NCBI GenBank assembly: GCA_013239625.1
Contig: MU053994.1
Coordinates: 1,739,775 to 1,803,774 of the forward strand
From: Lama guanicoe
Lineage: Eukaryota
Length of the DNA: 64,000 bases
Reading direction: 5' to 3'
The position numbers and the translations under genes were made by a program. The notes below the pieces were generated by a model. It searched no databases, was not told where the DNA came from, and saw only the letters and a program-made list of their open reading frames with translations. Below are positions 48,579-60,900 of the stretch, one piece after another (positions within the stretch are counted from its first letter, which is position 1; each line of letters begins with the position of its first letter).

Positions 48579-49152
48579 TGTAGGGTGGCAGATTGTATTT
48601 TCCAAAGATGGTCCCCAACAATGTCCCCCAGCCCACATACTAGTCTACAACAGGACCCTGACACCCTTCTCACTGGGAGAGGGAGCTGTGGGGGCCGGGG
48701 GAGGGGGCGATCCTTGTCCCCCCACCTTGAATCTGGGTGGACTTGTGGTTCAAGTGTAACTTCAACCTGGTGAAGGTGACACTGTGTGACTGTCAAGGCT
48801 AGACCAAAAAAGGTGATGCCAGCTCTATTTTGCTCATTTGATCACTTGTGCTGGAGCCCTGAACCACCATTTAAATAGTACAACCACCCCAAGGCATGCC
48901 ATGCTATCAGCCCAAAGAGCCCGGGTGGCGAGACCTCCTGGAGAGGCCCTGAGACCACATGGAGCCCCCAGCTGTCCCAGCCTCTTGCTGTTCCAGCCTC
49001 AGCCTGACTATAACCACAAAGCCAGAACTATTCCATCAAGCACTTCCCGAATTCCTGATCCACAGAGATCATCAGAGACAACAAAATGATTATGGTTATT
49101 TTAAGTCACTAAGTTTTAGAATGATTTTTCCATGAATGTAACAACTGGAATG
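48579..49152 (+). mobile_element. MaLR LTR (MLT1F/G-like)
   Basis: GGCAGATTGTATTTTCCAAAGATGG..GGAGCCCTGAACCACCA..AATTCCTGATCCACAGA..TTTTAAGTCACTAAGTTTT. Confidence 0.75.
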
Positions 49153-49680
49153 GATATGTTTCCCTCTGGAATAAGAGACGTACTATAGCATTCTCTTACA
49201 TCCTTCTAGTTTCTACCTACCCACCCCACCACTATGTTGGTGTCACTAGAATTTTGCTCTGTTAGAAAGGGGTGCCTTACCTTTTTATAGAGCGATATGC
49301 TTACTAAGTCGTGACATCATTCTCACTTTTCATATATCTCCTAACTGGAGTAATTTAGTCTTTGTATTTTGATGTGTGATTTGACATATTTATGTATGCT
49401 ATATTACTTTGCCATCTTATTATGCCATCTATTTACTATGCTTCTTTTTTTATCCTCTGTTTCTTTTATTAGATTACTAAAGTTTTCTTTATTACCTTTT
49501 CCCCACCTCTACTGGTTTGGAAATTAGGTACTCTATTTCTACACTGTTAATGTTACTCCTAAATTTTTAATATACATACTTGACATAACAAAGTTTTCAG
49601 TTAATCGATAGTTCTGTTCTTATCCTGAACAATATGAGGAATTTAGAGTACTTTAATTCCAATCTCCTTCCTCCATCTTT

Positions 49681-49731
49681 TTTTTTAAACATTTTTTTTA
49701 TTGAGTTATAGTCATTTTACAATGTTGTGTT
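49681..49731 (-). mobile_element. Roughly 50-bp extreme 3' end of a young camelid-type L1
   Basis: T-run plus AAACATTTTTTTTATTGAGTTATAGTCATTTTACAATGTTGTGT; TSD CTTCCTCCATCTTT (49667-49680) / CTTCCTCTATCTTT (49732-49745). Confidence 0.7.
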
Positions 49732-51124
49732 CTTCCTCTATCTTTTATGGTATTATTGTCCTCTCTTGGTTGCTGCTTCAAGTTAGACAGCTTGCTAGGA
49801 TTGCGTAAATCTGTGCGTAACAACTTATTTACTTAACATTGTTTCTTGCATCACACACTTACTAGGATCATTTTCCTTTTTCCTGGAGTACATCCTGCAG
49901 GAGTCTTTTCAGTGACAATGTGTTAGCAGTACACAATTTTTGGTTATCTGAAAATGTCTCTGTTTCGCGTTCACTCTTGATTAAGAATCTAACAGAGTAT
50001 GAAATTCTAGATACTGTTTTCACTCAGCATTTTGAAGACATTATTCCATTGTCTTCTGGTTTTTATTGTTGCTGGTGAGCAATCTGCTGCCAGTCTTAAT
50101 ATTCTTCCTTAGTAGTAACCTCTCTCCCCTCTCTGATTGCTTTTAAGATGCTCTCTTTCTCTTTGGAATTTTATGATAATGTGGCTTAGTTTTACTTCTG
50201 TTTATTCTGATGAGAATTTATTGTGCCTTTTGAAGCTATCTTTTATCAGTTCTGGAAAGTTCCTAGCTATTATGTTATTGTCTATTTCTTCTCCCACATT
50301 CTCTCTGTTCTTCCTTCTGAAACTCCTATTAATTGTACATGGGACTTTTTTTTCATTCTATTCTCCATGTCTTTTTACCTCCCTTTCTTATTTTTATTAA
50401 TGTGTGCTGCATCCTGGGTGATTATCTGACATTACACTCTGGTTCAGTAATTCCCTGTATCTCAGGTCCAATTCTTGCCTCACAGGACCCAAGGCATCAA
50501 TCAGTTCCTGCCCCCAAGGTGGGCATTAAATTGTCCAGGGCCTGAAGTGCTAAGACAATGTCTCTCCCCATTCACTCTCACCCTAAGGCAGTCACATCAT
50601 CATTCATAAGCTCGCTGCCCTAGTTTTCAGTACCCTTTTCATTCACAGCCCCTGTCAATTTCCCATATGCACATCTATTCATTCAAATAAATATTTGTTT
50701 CTTTCTAGATAACTGTGGAAAGCGAGTTTTCAGGTTATCTTTATCCTAGTATTGCCAGAACTAGAAGCTGAAATTTATTTATATAAGCAAATATGAAATC
50801 CACCATTTGCTGCAATTCCTTGGCTATGATGTTGATATTCTTTCCTTAAGTATCTCTGACAGATAAATACACTGTTTTACATCTTTTGCACATATTTTTT
50901 TTAATGTTGAAATCATCAAGGCTCACCACTGACCTAAGTTTCACTCTACAGTGGGTAAAAACCCCTGGAATATTTGGCCTGCTGGCTGGAAGTGTTCCTT
51001 CATAGTCAGGACTCTGTCTTATCACCTCTTCTGTTGATCTTTACCTAAAAATATCCTTGCTTTTATGTCTTAGTAATACTATCAAGTCATTAACGAGAGA
51101 GGCAGTGCAGAATATGAGAAAAAA

Positions 51125-51300
51125 ATATACATGAGCTCTGGAGTCAGCAAAACGTGGCTTTTTATTTTCCAGCTGGGTGTCCTTGGGAAAAATAGTTCTA
51201 TGTGAGTCTCAGTTTCTGCCATCTGTAAAATGGGGATGATGAATACCTCCTTTGCAAGGATGAAGGTAAAACTAGAATAATGTTTATGAAGCATCCAGCG
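51125..51300 (+). mobile_element. MIR SINE
   Basis: GCTCTGGAGTCAG..GAGTCTCAGTTTCTGCCATCTGTAAAATGGGGATGATG. Confidence 0.8.
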
Positions 51301-51669
51301 CAAAAAAGGTTCTTAAATTATTATTTAATCTACCTTTGAGGTCTTTTCTTTTAACTACATAAGGATGCCCCTTGGCATCATCCACAGTGGCTAAAAGGAT
51401 GTACCTTCAATTACAAGTTCCTTTATCTCACTAGTCACCAACTACTTCCTTTTCTTAACATTAACAAAATTTTCCTTTTTATATGCTTCTGGTCATTTAG
51501 GGAGCAGTCACCTTAACTTTAATTGCCTTTACTAAACCTCCATATCCAATAAATGTGCCTTGTCTCAGCCATAAAATTAATCATGGCTTTATCTGCATGT
51601 TCTTAGCTGGGATGATGTAAGTAAGAAGGGTGAGGTCATTTGTAAATTTCAAGTTGGAATATACCTGAT

Positions 51670-51825
51670 CCAGAGGATGTCAGAGCTGGAAAGGACCACA
51701 GACATCCTCAGGATGAGGAGTTGAAGGGCCAGCCAGGAAAGATGACCTCCCCAAGCTCACGCAACCAGTGAGTGACGGAGCTGAGATCAAAAGTCAGGCT
51801 TTCTGATGCCAAGAGCAAAGCTCTA
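51670..51825 (-). mobile_element. MIR SINE
   Basis: GAATGTCAGAGCTGG-like start; GATGAGGAG..CCCAAGCTCACGCAACCAGTGAGTGACGGAGCTGAGA. Confidence 0.65.
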
Positions 51826-52929
51826 ACTGGAGTCATTCTCACTGACCAAACTACAAAGTTGCAACTAACCTTTTGGAATAATCAGTTGGTAATCTAGAAG
51901 CAAGCCAAATTGTCATTGTTAATCATTTGCCTTCCTCTCTGTTTCTGTGGCTCTTTAAACCTATCCATTGTAGCTTTCCAGGGAGCCTTATGACTCCACA
52001 TTCACAGTTGATGTTGAATAATTGTGTGTTTGATGAAATAACGAAGGAGTGTCCTGCCATTATCTGACATTATGTGCCACGAATTCTAAGCCTGAATTGA
52101 ACCCTTTTACATTCTGCACTCATGTAAGAAGTGGCCCTTGTTGTTCTCCTGGCATTGCTATCTTTATGTGTGTTTAATACTTTTCCCACACGGGAACTGA
52201 AAACATGCCTTTCTTTCATTCCTGCATGGTTAATCCCTCTCAGACACAGGAAGTTGGCAACCTTTCCATGAACTGGTCGTCTCCAAGCTGTGCTCTGTGC
52301 GGTGACCACCCAGCTGAGTGATGGATGCCAGGCTAGGGCAGGGGCAGGGAAGGGAGACACCCAGTAGAGGTCCATTACTTCCATGAGAAAATTCAAATGT
52401 TGTGTTTTACCAACAGTGGGTTGGGAATGTGGTGGTGTATATCCCCCTGGAGCTCAGCCAGGTGCTGGGAGGATCTTGAGAAGAATGGGAGGCAGAGGAT
52501 GAGGGAAAGCATGCATCCTAGACCATGGGAACACCATCACCATCACCAAACATGGCAGCAGGAAGGCAGGAGGCTCAGCAGCCCTAGTGATCTGGGTGGA
52601 CAGGGGTGGACATCAACACTGATGCACCTTTAAAGGTCTGACTGGCCCACTGGTCCGGCCACTGGTTTAGTGGCTGTGTCATGAAATCAAGTGGACCTTC
52701 CTCTGAAGCAAAGGCAAATATGTCCTTCAACACTGAGAGTGGAAGAATGGGATCTCATAGGATGGGGCTGGGCCTGGCAACCTGAGTCACACTACATCCC
52801 ATAGAAATAGCTGTGCCTGGAGGTCCCTGGCACAAAACAGACTGTTCTCTGCTTGAGTCCTCACAGTGTCCACTTCAGTCTTTGGGGCCACAATACTCAA
52901 TCAATTCAAAACAGTCCTAACTTGAGAGA

Positions 52930-53575
52930 CAGAGACAGCTAGGCGTTCCCCCAAAATTTATGCCCCCACCCCTCTTGCACGGTATAGAGTTGCCATTGAT
53001 ACACAGCTGTGCAGCCAGAAACTACATTTCTCAACTCTCCTTGCACCCTAGTGTGACCATGTGTCTGGTTCTCTTATCTATTGAATGAGAGAGGAAATGT
53101 TTAGCATTCCCAGACTAAAGCATTTAAGAAGTATGCCTGCCCTCCTTCTCTCTGTTCTCTCTTTCCCCTTCCTTTAGACTGGAAACTGACGCTACCTGAG
53201 TCCTAGAGCAGTGGTTCTCAGTGTGGCCCCTGGACCAGCAGTGGCTGCATCCTCTGGGAACTCATTAGAATGCACATTCTCAGTCCCACCCCAGACTTAC
53301 TAAATCAGACACTCTGGGAGTAGGGCCCAGTGGTCTGGAGCCCTCCAGGAGATTCTGGTGGTCACTAAAGTTTAAGAACCACTGTCCCTAAGAGATGGCA
53401 CAGCCACAAGACAGAAGAAGAAGCCTGGGTTCCTGAATCACCACACGGTGGGGAGCCACCCTCCAACCAGAAACATCTGTATCAGACTAGTCTGTGAAAT
53501 AGAAATAAACTTCGGTTGTGTAGCCACTGAGATTTGAGGGTTTATTTGTTACAACAGCTAGTGTTATTCTAATAC
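52930..53575 (+). mobile_element. MaLR LTR (MLT1J-like) containing MER5A
   Basis: ACTACATTTCTCAACTCTCCTTGCA..AGAAGCCTGGGTTCCTGAAT..AGAAATAAACTTC..GCCACTGAGATTTGAGGGTTTATTTGTTACAACAGC. Confidence 0.75.
53209..53384. mobile_element. MER5A, near full length
   Basis: TIRs CAGTGGTTCT and AGAACCACTG; CCCACCCCAGACTTACTAAATCAGA. Confidence 0.88.
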
Positions 53576-53809
53576 ATGTGGGCAGTCCAACTCCATCCCA
53601 AACCCAATCCCAGTGACAGGGTCGGGGGTGGGGGGGGGGGAAGGATGCTAAGTATCACTGGATCCCTGACACTGAAAAGGGAATACAGAAGGGGGCTAAC
53701 CCAGCTAGCTAGTGGTGGCAGCAGCGGGGGTAGAAGATGGAGATCGAGAGGCCTCAAGGCCTCAAGGTCATGCTCCTCAAACCAGCAGGCATCAAGAATC
53801 ACCAGGAAG

Positions 53810-54028
53810 TGGTGAGGGGCAAGATAAGGGTAGGGGACTAAGAGGTACAAACTATTAGGTATAAAATAAGCTAAAAGGATATATTGTACAGCACTGGAAA
53901 TATAGGCAATATTTTATAATAACTATAAATGGGGTATAACCTCTAAAAACTATGAATCACTATATTGTACACCTGTGACTTATATAATATCGTATGGCAA
54001 CCATACTTCAATTTAAAAGAAAAAGAAA
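53810..54028 (+). mobile_element. 5'-truncated L1 3' end (artiodactyl/Laurasiatherian type)
   Basis: GAGGTACAAACTATTAGGTATAAAATAAGCT..GAATCACTATATTGTACACCTG..ATACTTCAAT plus A-rich tail; perfect 16-bp TSD AAGAATCACCAGGAAG (53794-53809, 54029-54044). Confidence 0.9.
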
Positions 54029-54291
54029 AAGAATCACCAGGAAGAGTAAGAGGCACGGGTGATGTGGAATGACTGTGTCTCCCAGGAGCCCTCTGCCAAT
54101 CTCACGTGGATGGTTTTCTCGGAAAACAAGGCAGATACAAGGCTCATCTGCCAACTGTCGGCTGACTGTCTAACTATATAACCACTGTTACTGGCAGATC
54201 AGGATAGAGCCCAGGAATCTCACATCACCTGGGCCTGAAATAGCTACTATTGTGCTACTGAGCTTGCTGGATTAGCTTCAGGAATCTGGGG

Positions 54292-54872
54292 GTCTGGTAG
54301 GCATAATTCTGAGATGCCCACCCCCAACCCAGTGACTCTTACCCTTGGATGATCCCCTCTCCTTTAAGTGTGGGCAGAACATGCGAACGTGATGAAATAT
54401 CACGTTACATTGTATGGCAAAAGAGAGATCATGCTAGGTGGGTCTGGCTTAATCAGGTGATTAAGAAACAGAGTTCTCTCTGGCTGCTTGCAGAACAGGA
54501 AGGCAGAGTGACACACTCTAGATGGCCTAGAAGAAAGCACACATCCATGTGAACTGCCTATAGGGGCCATGTGGCCTCTAGCTGAGAATGGCCCCTGGTC
54601 AGCAGCTTATAAGAAGATGAGGCCCTAGCCCCACAACCCCAAAGAACTGAATTCTCTCCATTTGCAGTGAGCCTGGAAGAGGACCCCAAGCCTCAGAGGA
54701 GAACCATAGCCCCAGTGGATACCTTGATGTCAGCCTACTGAAACCCTGAGCAGAAAATCCGGTCACACCGTTCCAGGACTTCAGACCTACAGAATGATGT
54801 GCTAATGCATTCGAATGGGTTTGAGTTTCTGCATTTGTGGCAATTTGCCACACAGGAATAGGAAACTAATCC
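54292..54872 (+). mobile_element. MaLR LTR (MLT1E-like)
   Basis: GGTAGGCATAATTCTGAGATG..AAGAACTGAATTCT..GGACTTCAGACCTACAGAA..GCAATTTGCCACACAGGAATAGGAAACTAAT. Confidence 0.8.
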
Positions 54873-55375
54873 ATGGGGGACCGTGGGTCCATCAGTATAG
54901 GGGACACTGGCCATGCTCAGTTCAGATCCCCTCAGATGCCTTTGCCGGTGTCTGTGTGCCCTCCCCATCTGCCCTGTACTCTCAGTTGCAACAGCTCACA
55001 CCTGTAATTCTCCTTAGCTGGCTGGCCCGCAGCTTCTGGAGTTGTATTACACAGTTTGGGCAGAGCTAGAAGTGCCTGGGAGTTTCTGTTCCCCCAGAGA
55101 GAAACTTGTCAAAGACCGACTGGTATGGGAGCATAAACCCCAGCTCCCTTGCCTCGAGTTGGAATAAACTCGGAGGATAACTCACACTCCAGAGCTCCCC
55201 TGCGAGATCAGGCTGAGCTAAGACTTGGCCTGAGATCCCACCTTGCCCGGCTCCCTCCTCTCCTCATCCTGCCTTCTCCAGCCCTCCCTCATCTCCCCTG
55301 GGAGCCCATCCTTCAAAACTCACTCACGCTTGAATCCTCGTTCCAGGTTCTTCTCCTGGGTAACCCCACCTCAAA
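54873..55375 (+). mobile_element. ERVL LTR16-like
   Basis: GCATAAACCCCAGCTCCCTTGCCTC..CACGCTTGAATCCTCGTTCCAGGTTCTTCTCCTGGGTAACCC. Confidence 0.65.
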
Positions 55376-56708
55376 TGATCCATTATCCCTTTTCCCCTCT
55401 CCCCACCCTCAAGTGAGATGATGTATGTGACGGCGCTTTGCAACTGCCAAGCAGCCTGCATGATAGTCCTTCCGTGCTGTTTTCTCTCAGCCCTCTCTCT
55501 TCGGTGTCGGTGTGTCAGGGTGACATCATTATTTTAGCGGCTGGCAATGGGGTTCCTTTTCAGGAGGAGGGAGACTCAGTTTAGGAAAAGACCTTGATGG
55601 GGCAGAGCACTGATGAGAGGGAGACTCCATAAATGATGTAAATAAAACACTGTGCATCAGGAGGGAACCGGAAGTCGGGAGAAGAAGAGAGGCGAGGGCG
55701 AAGGCTGGCAGGGAGGGAAAGAAGGTGGCTGGATTGGAATCCACAATTGCTGTGATGCAGGAAGAACTTGGTCCTTACAAATCAACTTGTTGATGTGGCT
55801 TTCGTGTGACTCTCCCTGCCACTGGCATAGCCCTGAACCTCAGTAAGGCCAGCTGAGCACGCAGCCGCCTGGGAGAGTGGTTTTTAGGAAACCAGGTTCT
55901 CACTCTTGGTCCTCATGGAGCCCAGATCTGGCTGCAGGTTCTGGCCACATGCGCCAACTGCCGACTGGAGGGTTCCACGGACCCACCATCAATCTGAACG
56001 TGACCCTGCCTGAATTCATCACTTTCCCTCCCAAACCTCATCCTGCTGTTGTCCTCCAGAACTCCAGCACTCTTACTGCCCCCTGACAAGCTGTGTTAGT
56101 TTTGTTCCTCCCCAAGCAGACACTGAGACAAGGACATGGTTGATCCCACGTGAGGGGGTGAGGACATGAGACACGAGACAGAAAGCCAATAACGGGTGTG
56201 GACACTGGGCTCCCACCTGCTGGGGGCCCTCTGAGGAAGGGTGTAAAACATACTTCAGAATTTTCCAACCAAAGGATGGGGAGGCTGAGGTTTTATCCAG
56301 CGGTCCTCATTGTTGAAAATTGCTCCGATGACATGACAGAATTCCTAGAACTTCTGGGAAGCCCAGTGCCTGGGCTGAGCAGCTCCCATGGTACCAGACA
56401 AAGGCCTGGGACAGAGCACCAGGGAAGTGTGGGTACCCCAGGCGGGAAGCAGGCAGTGTGGCCAGGGACCTGCCCACCCCCGCAGCAGGTGAACCCAGAG
56501 ATGGGTGGATGGGTGTGGGGCTCAGCATCTACAGCACCCATAGAAAAGCCTTGAGCTCCCGCCAGCCCCTCCCTCGCCCTGGCTCCTCCCACCGCATCAC
56601 TCAACGCCGAGTTCCTGGTCACCTGCTACAACTGTTCCTTTCTTCCCATTCTCAGCTGCTACTGAGGCTCAGGCCCGCAACATTTCTCTCCTAGAAATAA
56701 TAGCTTAC

Positions 56709-57146
56709 TGTCTGACTGAATGCGCCCCCTAAAAATTCCTCGGTTGAAACCCGAAGCCTCAAGGTGAATGTATCTGGAGATGAGGCCCTTAAGGAGGTAA
56801 TTAAAGTTAAATGAGGTCATAAGGGCGGGGCCTTAATCCCACAGGACTGGTGTCCTTATAAGAAAAAGAAATACTAGAACAATCTCTCTCTCTCACACAC
56901 ACGCGCACACACACACACACGCACACACACGCACACACACACAAACACAAGCACAGAGGAAAGACCACGCGAGGACACAGTGAGGAGGCGGCCGTCTATA
57001 AACCAGGAAGAGAGGCCTCGGGAGACATCAACTCTGCTAGCACCTTGACCTGGGATTTCCAGCCTCCAGACCGGTCAGAAAACAAATGTCTGCTGTTTAA
57101 GCCACCCAGTCTGTGTGTTTTGTTATGGCCCCAGCCGACCAGGACA
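56709..57146 (+). mobile_element. MaLR LTR (MLT1A/B-like) with internal (CT)n(CA)n
   Basis: AGGTAATTAAAGTTAAATGAGGTCATAAGGG..GACTGGTGTCCTTATAAGAA..CCAGCCTCCAGA..TGTTTAAGCCACCCAGTCTG. Confidence 0.88.
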
Positions 57147-57159
57147 CTTACCTATTGAA

Positions 57160-57700
57160 CCCCCTGCCTCCCATCTCACTCCTTCCCTTTGCATTTCAAG
57201 TGACCTTTCTGGAAGGCAAATCTGGCCCTGTCACTCCCTAGTGCAGACATTTCTGAGAGCTCCTCAGCGCCTCCAGGGTCTAACAGGTAACCTTGACATT
57301 GGCCCCAAGACCCCACACACTCTGTGTAGGAGTCCAGCCTTGTCCCTGATACTTCCTGGCTTGCTTGAGGTATTCCAGCCACCCCAAACTATTTTAGTTC
57401 CCCAATTCTGCCATGTCCCTGAGCTGCAATACTGTTCTTACTTCCCAAAGTGCCTTTCTCCCCCTTGTCTCCCTAATAAATCCCTGCCCCTTCTACAAGG
57501 GTCCCTGGCTTTCTCCTGACTCCTCCAGCCAGGGTCATACATATCGTGGCCCTCCCCTGGCTTCTAACATCTGCCGGTATTGAGTTTGCCCCCTGACCTG
57601 TCTGCCTGCCCTCCCACATATCCTAAGCATGAAAACCAGCACCAGGCACATAGTAGATGCTCAAAGATTTACTCAATCAATAAAGGAGGAAGGAATGAAG
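57160..57700 (+). mobile_element. L2 fragment
   Basis: GCAAATCTGGCCCTGTCACTCCC..GGCACATAGTAGATGCTCAAAGATTT. Confidence 0.6.
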
Positions 57701-57790
57701 AATTGTTCTCTCATAGGTCGCCGAGTATTACAATGGAAAGGAACTTTAAAGATGCTATGGTGCAAGTTCCACATTTTGCAGCAAGGAGAG

Positions 57791-58195
57791 TGTCACAGTA
57801 GGTAATGCCCCACCCTGTGCTCTGTGCACTTTCCTTTTCAGATGCAGTCCAGCCTGTGTTGCCCTTGCCAGGACCTCACCTCTGCCCATATCTGCAGCAG
57901 GCCAGCAATGCCAGAAAGGAATGTATCCCCCAACCTAGGAGCAGCCCTCAGGCAATGACTGACTTGGTAAATAAATACCCCAGCTCCCTCTCTCTTCAGT
58001 CTGACCGTTGCTGAGGTGTGTTCTATACCATCTCCCAGAGGTCCCAGCAGGACAGAGCTGCCTGCCTGAGGGAGGATCTCCCTTTATTGATTTCCCTTAC
58101 TTCTCCACTTGCCTGCCAGTGTTTAGTTCCAAATAAACTATTTGCACTTGAATTTTTGATTCCAGTTACCTTCTGGAGGAACCCCAGCTAAGGCA
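57791..58195 (+). mobile_element. ERVL LTR16-like solo LTR inserted in a minus-strand MIR (57730-58290)
   Basis: TG...CA ends; CCAAATAAACTATTTGCACTTGAAT..GGAACCCCAGCTAAGGCA; 5-bp TSD GAGAG/GAGAC; MIR resumes ACTGAGGCCCAGAGAGG..CCAAGGTCACAC. Confidence 0.75.
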
Positions 58196-58793
58196 GAGAC
58201 TGAGGCCCAGAGAGGACAAGAAACATGGCCAAGGTCACACAACTGTCTAATGTCAAAGCTAAGTCTACATATACATCTCCTGGCTCCTCCTGCCGATAGC
58301 TCACACTACTGCCCTGCATACGGGGCTTTTACAGGAACCCCAGGCTTCAGGCCAAGATGTGTAAACCTCTCCCTGTGTGAACCAAGGAAAGAGAACCTCC
58401 TCCTTAGTGGGTGGTGGGCCTAAGCCGGTGGCTCGACTTGAATGCCAGGACTAGGGCCCTGTTCTCTTCCTTTACCACCTGGCCCTGTGCTGTCACTTCT
58501 AACCCACTTCTCACCTCCTCTCTTTGGGGTCCCAAACTCTCACCTCCCAGTGAAGACAATTCCAGCTGGAAAAGACTTTCTTTGGAGAATCTTAAAATGG
58601 TCAAGCTTCGCCCCACCCCAGCCCTCACCCCACTCATTTTGATTCAGGCTGAAGTGACTGGGAACACTCCATGGATTTCAAGCTGAGGATGCCAACTTCC
58701 AAGCCACATACTACAAATCTTATATCTGAAAGTCCATTTCAAGCCCCTTAAGCTTCGGAGAATTGATGCTAAAAAAAAATCTCTCATTTGTGC

Positions 58794-59012
58794 CCACACA
58801 CAACAGACACATATAACACACAACACATACAATGCAAACGTGGAAAGTGTAGAACACACAAGACATGAACACAAAACACACAGGATACAAACGACGCACA
58901 TGACCTCCATAATACACATCCACAGGACACACACAACCCACATGACAAACACAGCACATACATACAACACACACACACACACATACAGGTGTGAGGTGCG
59001 CGCGCACACACA
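58794..59012. repeat. Degenerate CA-rich low-complexity repeat
   Basis: Directly visible. Confidence 0.85.
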
Positions 59013-59921
59013 CTGCCTCATTTCTTCCAGTCCCTTCCCCCACCCCCCTCAGGGCAGGAGGCGACGTCTGGAATAGGCAGGACACCAGCTCCCATGTCGT
59101 CAGCGCATCTAGACTGCTCAGAGTGCACGCCGAAGAGAAGGTTACGCCAGTTCATTTCCACCAGGCATTTTACCGACTTTGCTCATTTCCTTCTTGTGCC
59201 TCGGTATTAATTAGCCCCAGGATTTAAATCGGATGCATTAGGCAAAAACAATTCTAAATGCTTTTGGAGAAACAAGTTCCAAATTAGCTGTAGCTGAATG
59301 TGCGTCTACTTGAAAGGCAAGCAGCATGAACACCGACACTGTAAAAAATAGAAGCGAAACCCCTCTAAGAGGGAAGGCCAAGTTCAGCAGTGTTTGCCGA
59401 CGGCCTGGTTCACAGCCCCGCCCTGGCAGAGGCAAGGGGTGTAGAGCCTCCTGGGCCACTGGAGGGGAGGAAGGAAAAAATGCATTTTCCATCTAGGTTA
59501 CAGGTAAGGAGGAGGCGGTGACAGAAATTCTCCCTCCTTCTTGCTTTCCCATCCCTAACCTCTCCTGTCTTTGGAACAAACAGCCTTGCCTGGAAGTCTA
59601 GAAAGATCAATTCTCCTAAGACAGCTACAGGCAAAATTCATCTCCAACGTCTCCCCGCTCCAAATGGTAATCTTCACCCACCTGCTTTGTCGTCCTCTGA
59701 GTGACCCATACATAGGATGTCGGGTGGGGATGGCCCAACTGCGGACCCTTCAACATAGCCCGGCAGCGCCTAACACCTCCCACTAGTCTCTGACCGACTG
59801 ATGAAGCTGTGTCTTTCCCCCTCGGGAAGACTTTAAGTTCCTTAAATGCAGAAATGTGGCACCTTTGTGGTTAGGGACACCAGGCTTGCAAATGTTTTCT
59901 GTGTGCAGGTGTCTAACTGGT

Positions 59922-60433
59922 TGTATTGTGTGGAGTTGATCAGGGAAGCAGAACCAGTCTGAGACTGGGGAAGGGGAAGCTATGACAGAGATTAGCCCCG
60001 ATGCAATGGAGGGAGCCAGTTAGACAGTCTGTACCCGGCTGCGGCTTCTGTGCCTGCTGAGGGCTCGGAAGCCAACAGTCAGGGAGGAAGGAAAGATGGA
60101 AGTGAAGTGGGGGAGGCTGAAGACAGGCTGAACCTGCCAGGACAAACTGGGACCCATGTCTGTCTCTCACCTCCTCCAACCTCAAATACATGGGCTGATC
60201 TGCAGGCCAGGCGGATGCCCTCTAGCACGAAGCCATGCATGCACCCGCCCCGGCACTCAGAGAAGCTGAGGGAGGAGGTCCGGCCCACATCAACCATAGA
60301 AATGGTTGCTCCTTCCCTTCCACCTCCAAATCTCACATGCATTTCTCCTGTGGCTAATCCTAACCCAGAAACATAGAGGAAAGTGAATTTTGCAACACAT
60401 TATTCAGTCTAGTTAGGTGGACATAAAGCCATC
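59922..60433 (-). mobile_element. ERVL LTR (MLT2F-like)
   Basis: TGTATT..GATCAGGGAAGCAGAACC..CTAATCCTAACCCAGAAACATA..GGTGGACATAAAGCCATCA. Confidence 0.6.
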
Positions 60434-60511
60434 AACCGGATGATAACTGTCTTGTCTACTCAATGAATTCCACTTGCTATATTCTTGCATCAGATAGTCT
60501 ATAAGCTGGGT

Positions 60512-60900
60512 CATTGGTTATCAGCCAACTACTGCTGTGTAACAATCTCCAAGTCAAAGCAGGATCCAACAATGAACATTTATGTCTTACTCATAGGTTC
60601 CTGGGTTGGCTAGGGGCTCAGCTCCATGAGTCTCTCCTTCTCTGGGACTGGTACAAGCCGAGATGTGCTCTTCTCATGGCAATGTTGGAAGGGTAAGAGG
60701 ACAAGCAAAAACTCATGAGTCCTCTTGGAGCCCAGGCTCAGACCAGAACACTGTCCCTTCTACACCACCCCATTGGCCAAGCAGGTCACATGGCCAAGCC
60801 CAAAGTCAAGGGTGGGAACATACACTCCATCCATGACAAAGCCATGGCAAGGATGTGGATGCAGGGAGGGGCAAAGAACTGGGGTGAGTGGTTGGATGGA
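60512..60900 (-). mobile_element. MaLR LTR (MLT1I-like)
   Basis: TACTGCTGTGTAACAA..CCCATTGGCCAAGCAGGTCACATGGCCAAGCCCAAAGTCAAGGG. Confidence 0.75.

Larger units (their letters stand above)
47650..50450 (-). mobile_element. Old L1 (L1ME-like) ORF2 fragments, interrupted by MLT1 and other insertions
   Basis: T-rich; TCTGAAAATGTCT..CTCAGCATTTTGAAGACATTATTCCATTGTCTTCTGG..ATCAGTTCTGGAAAGTTCCTAGC. Confidence 0.65.
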
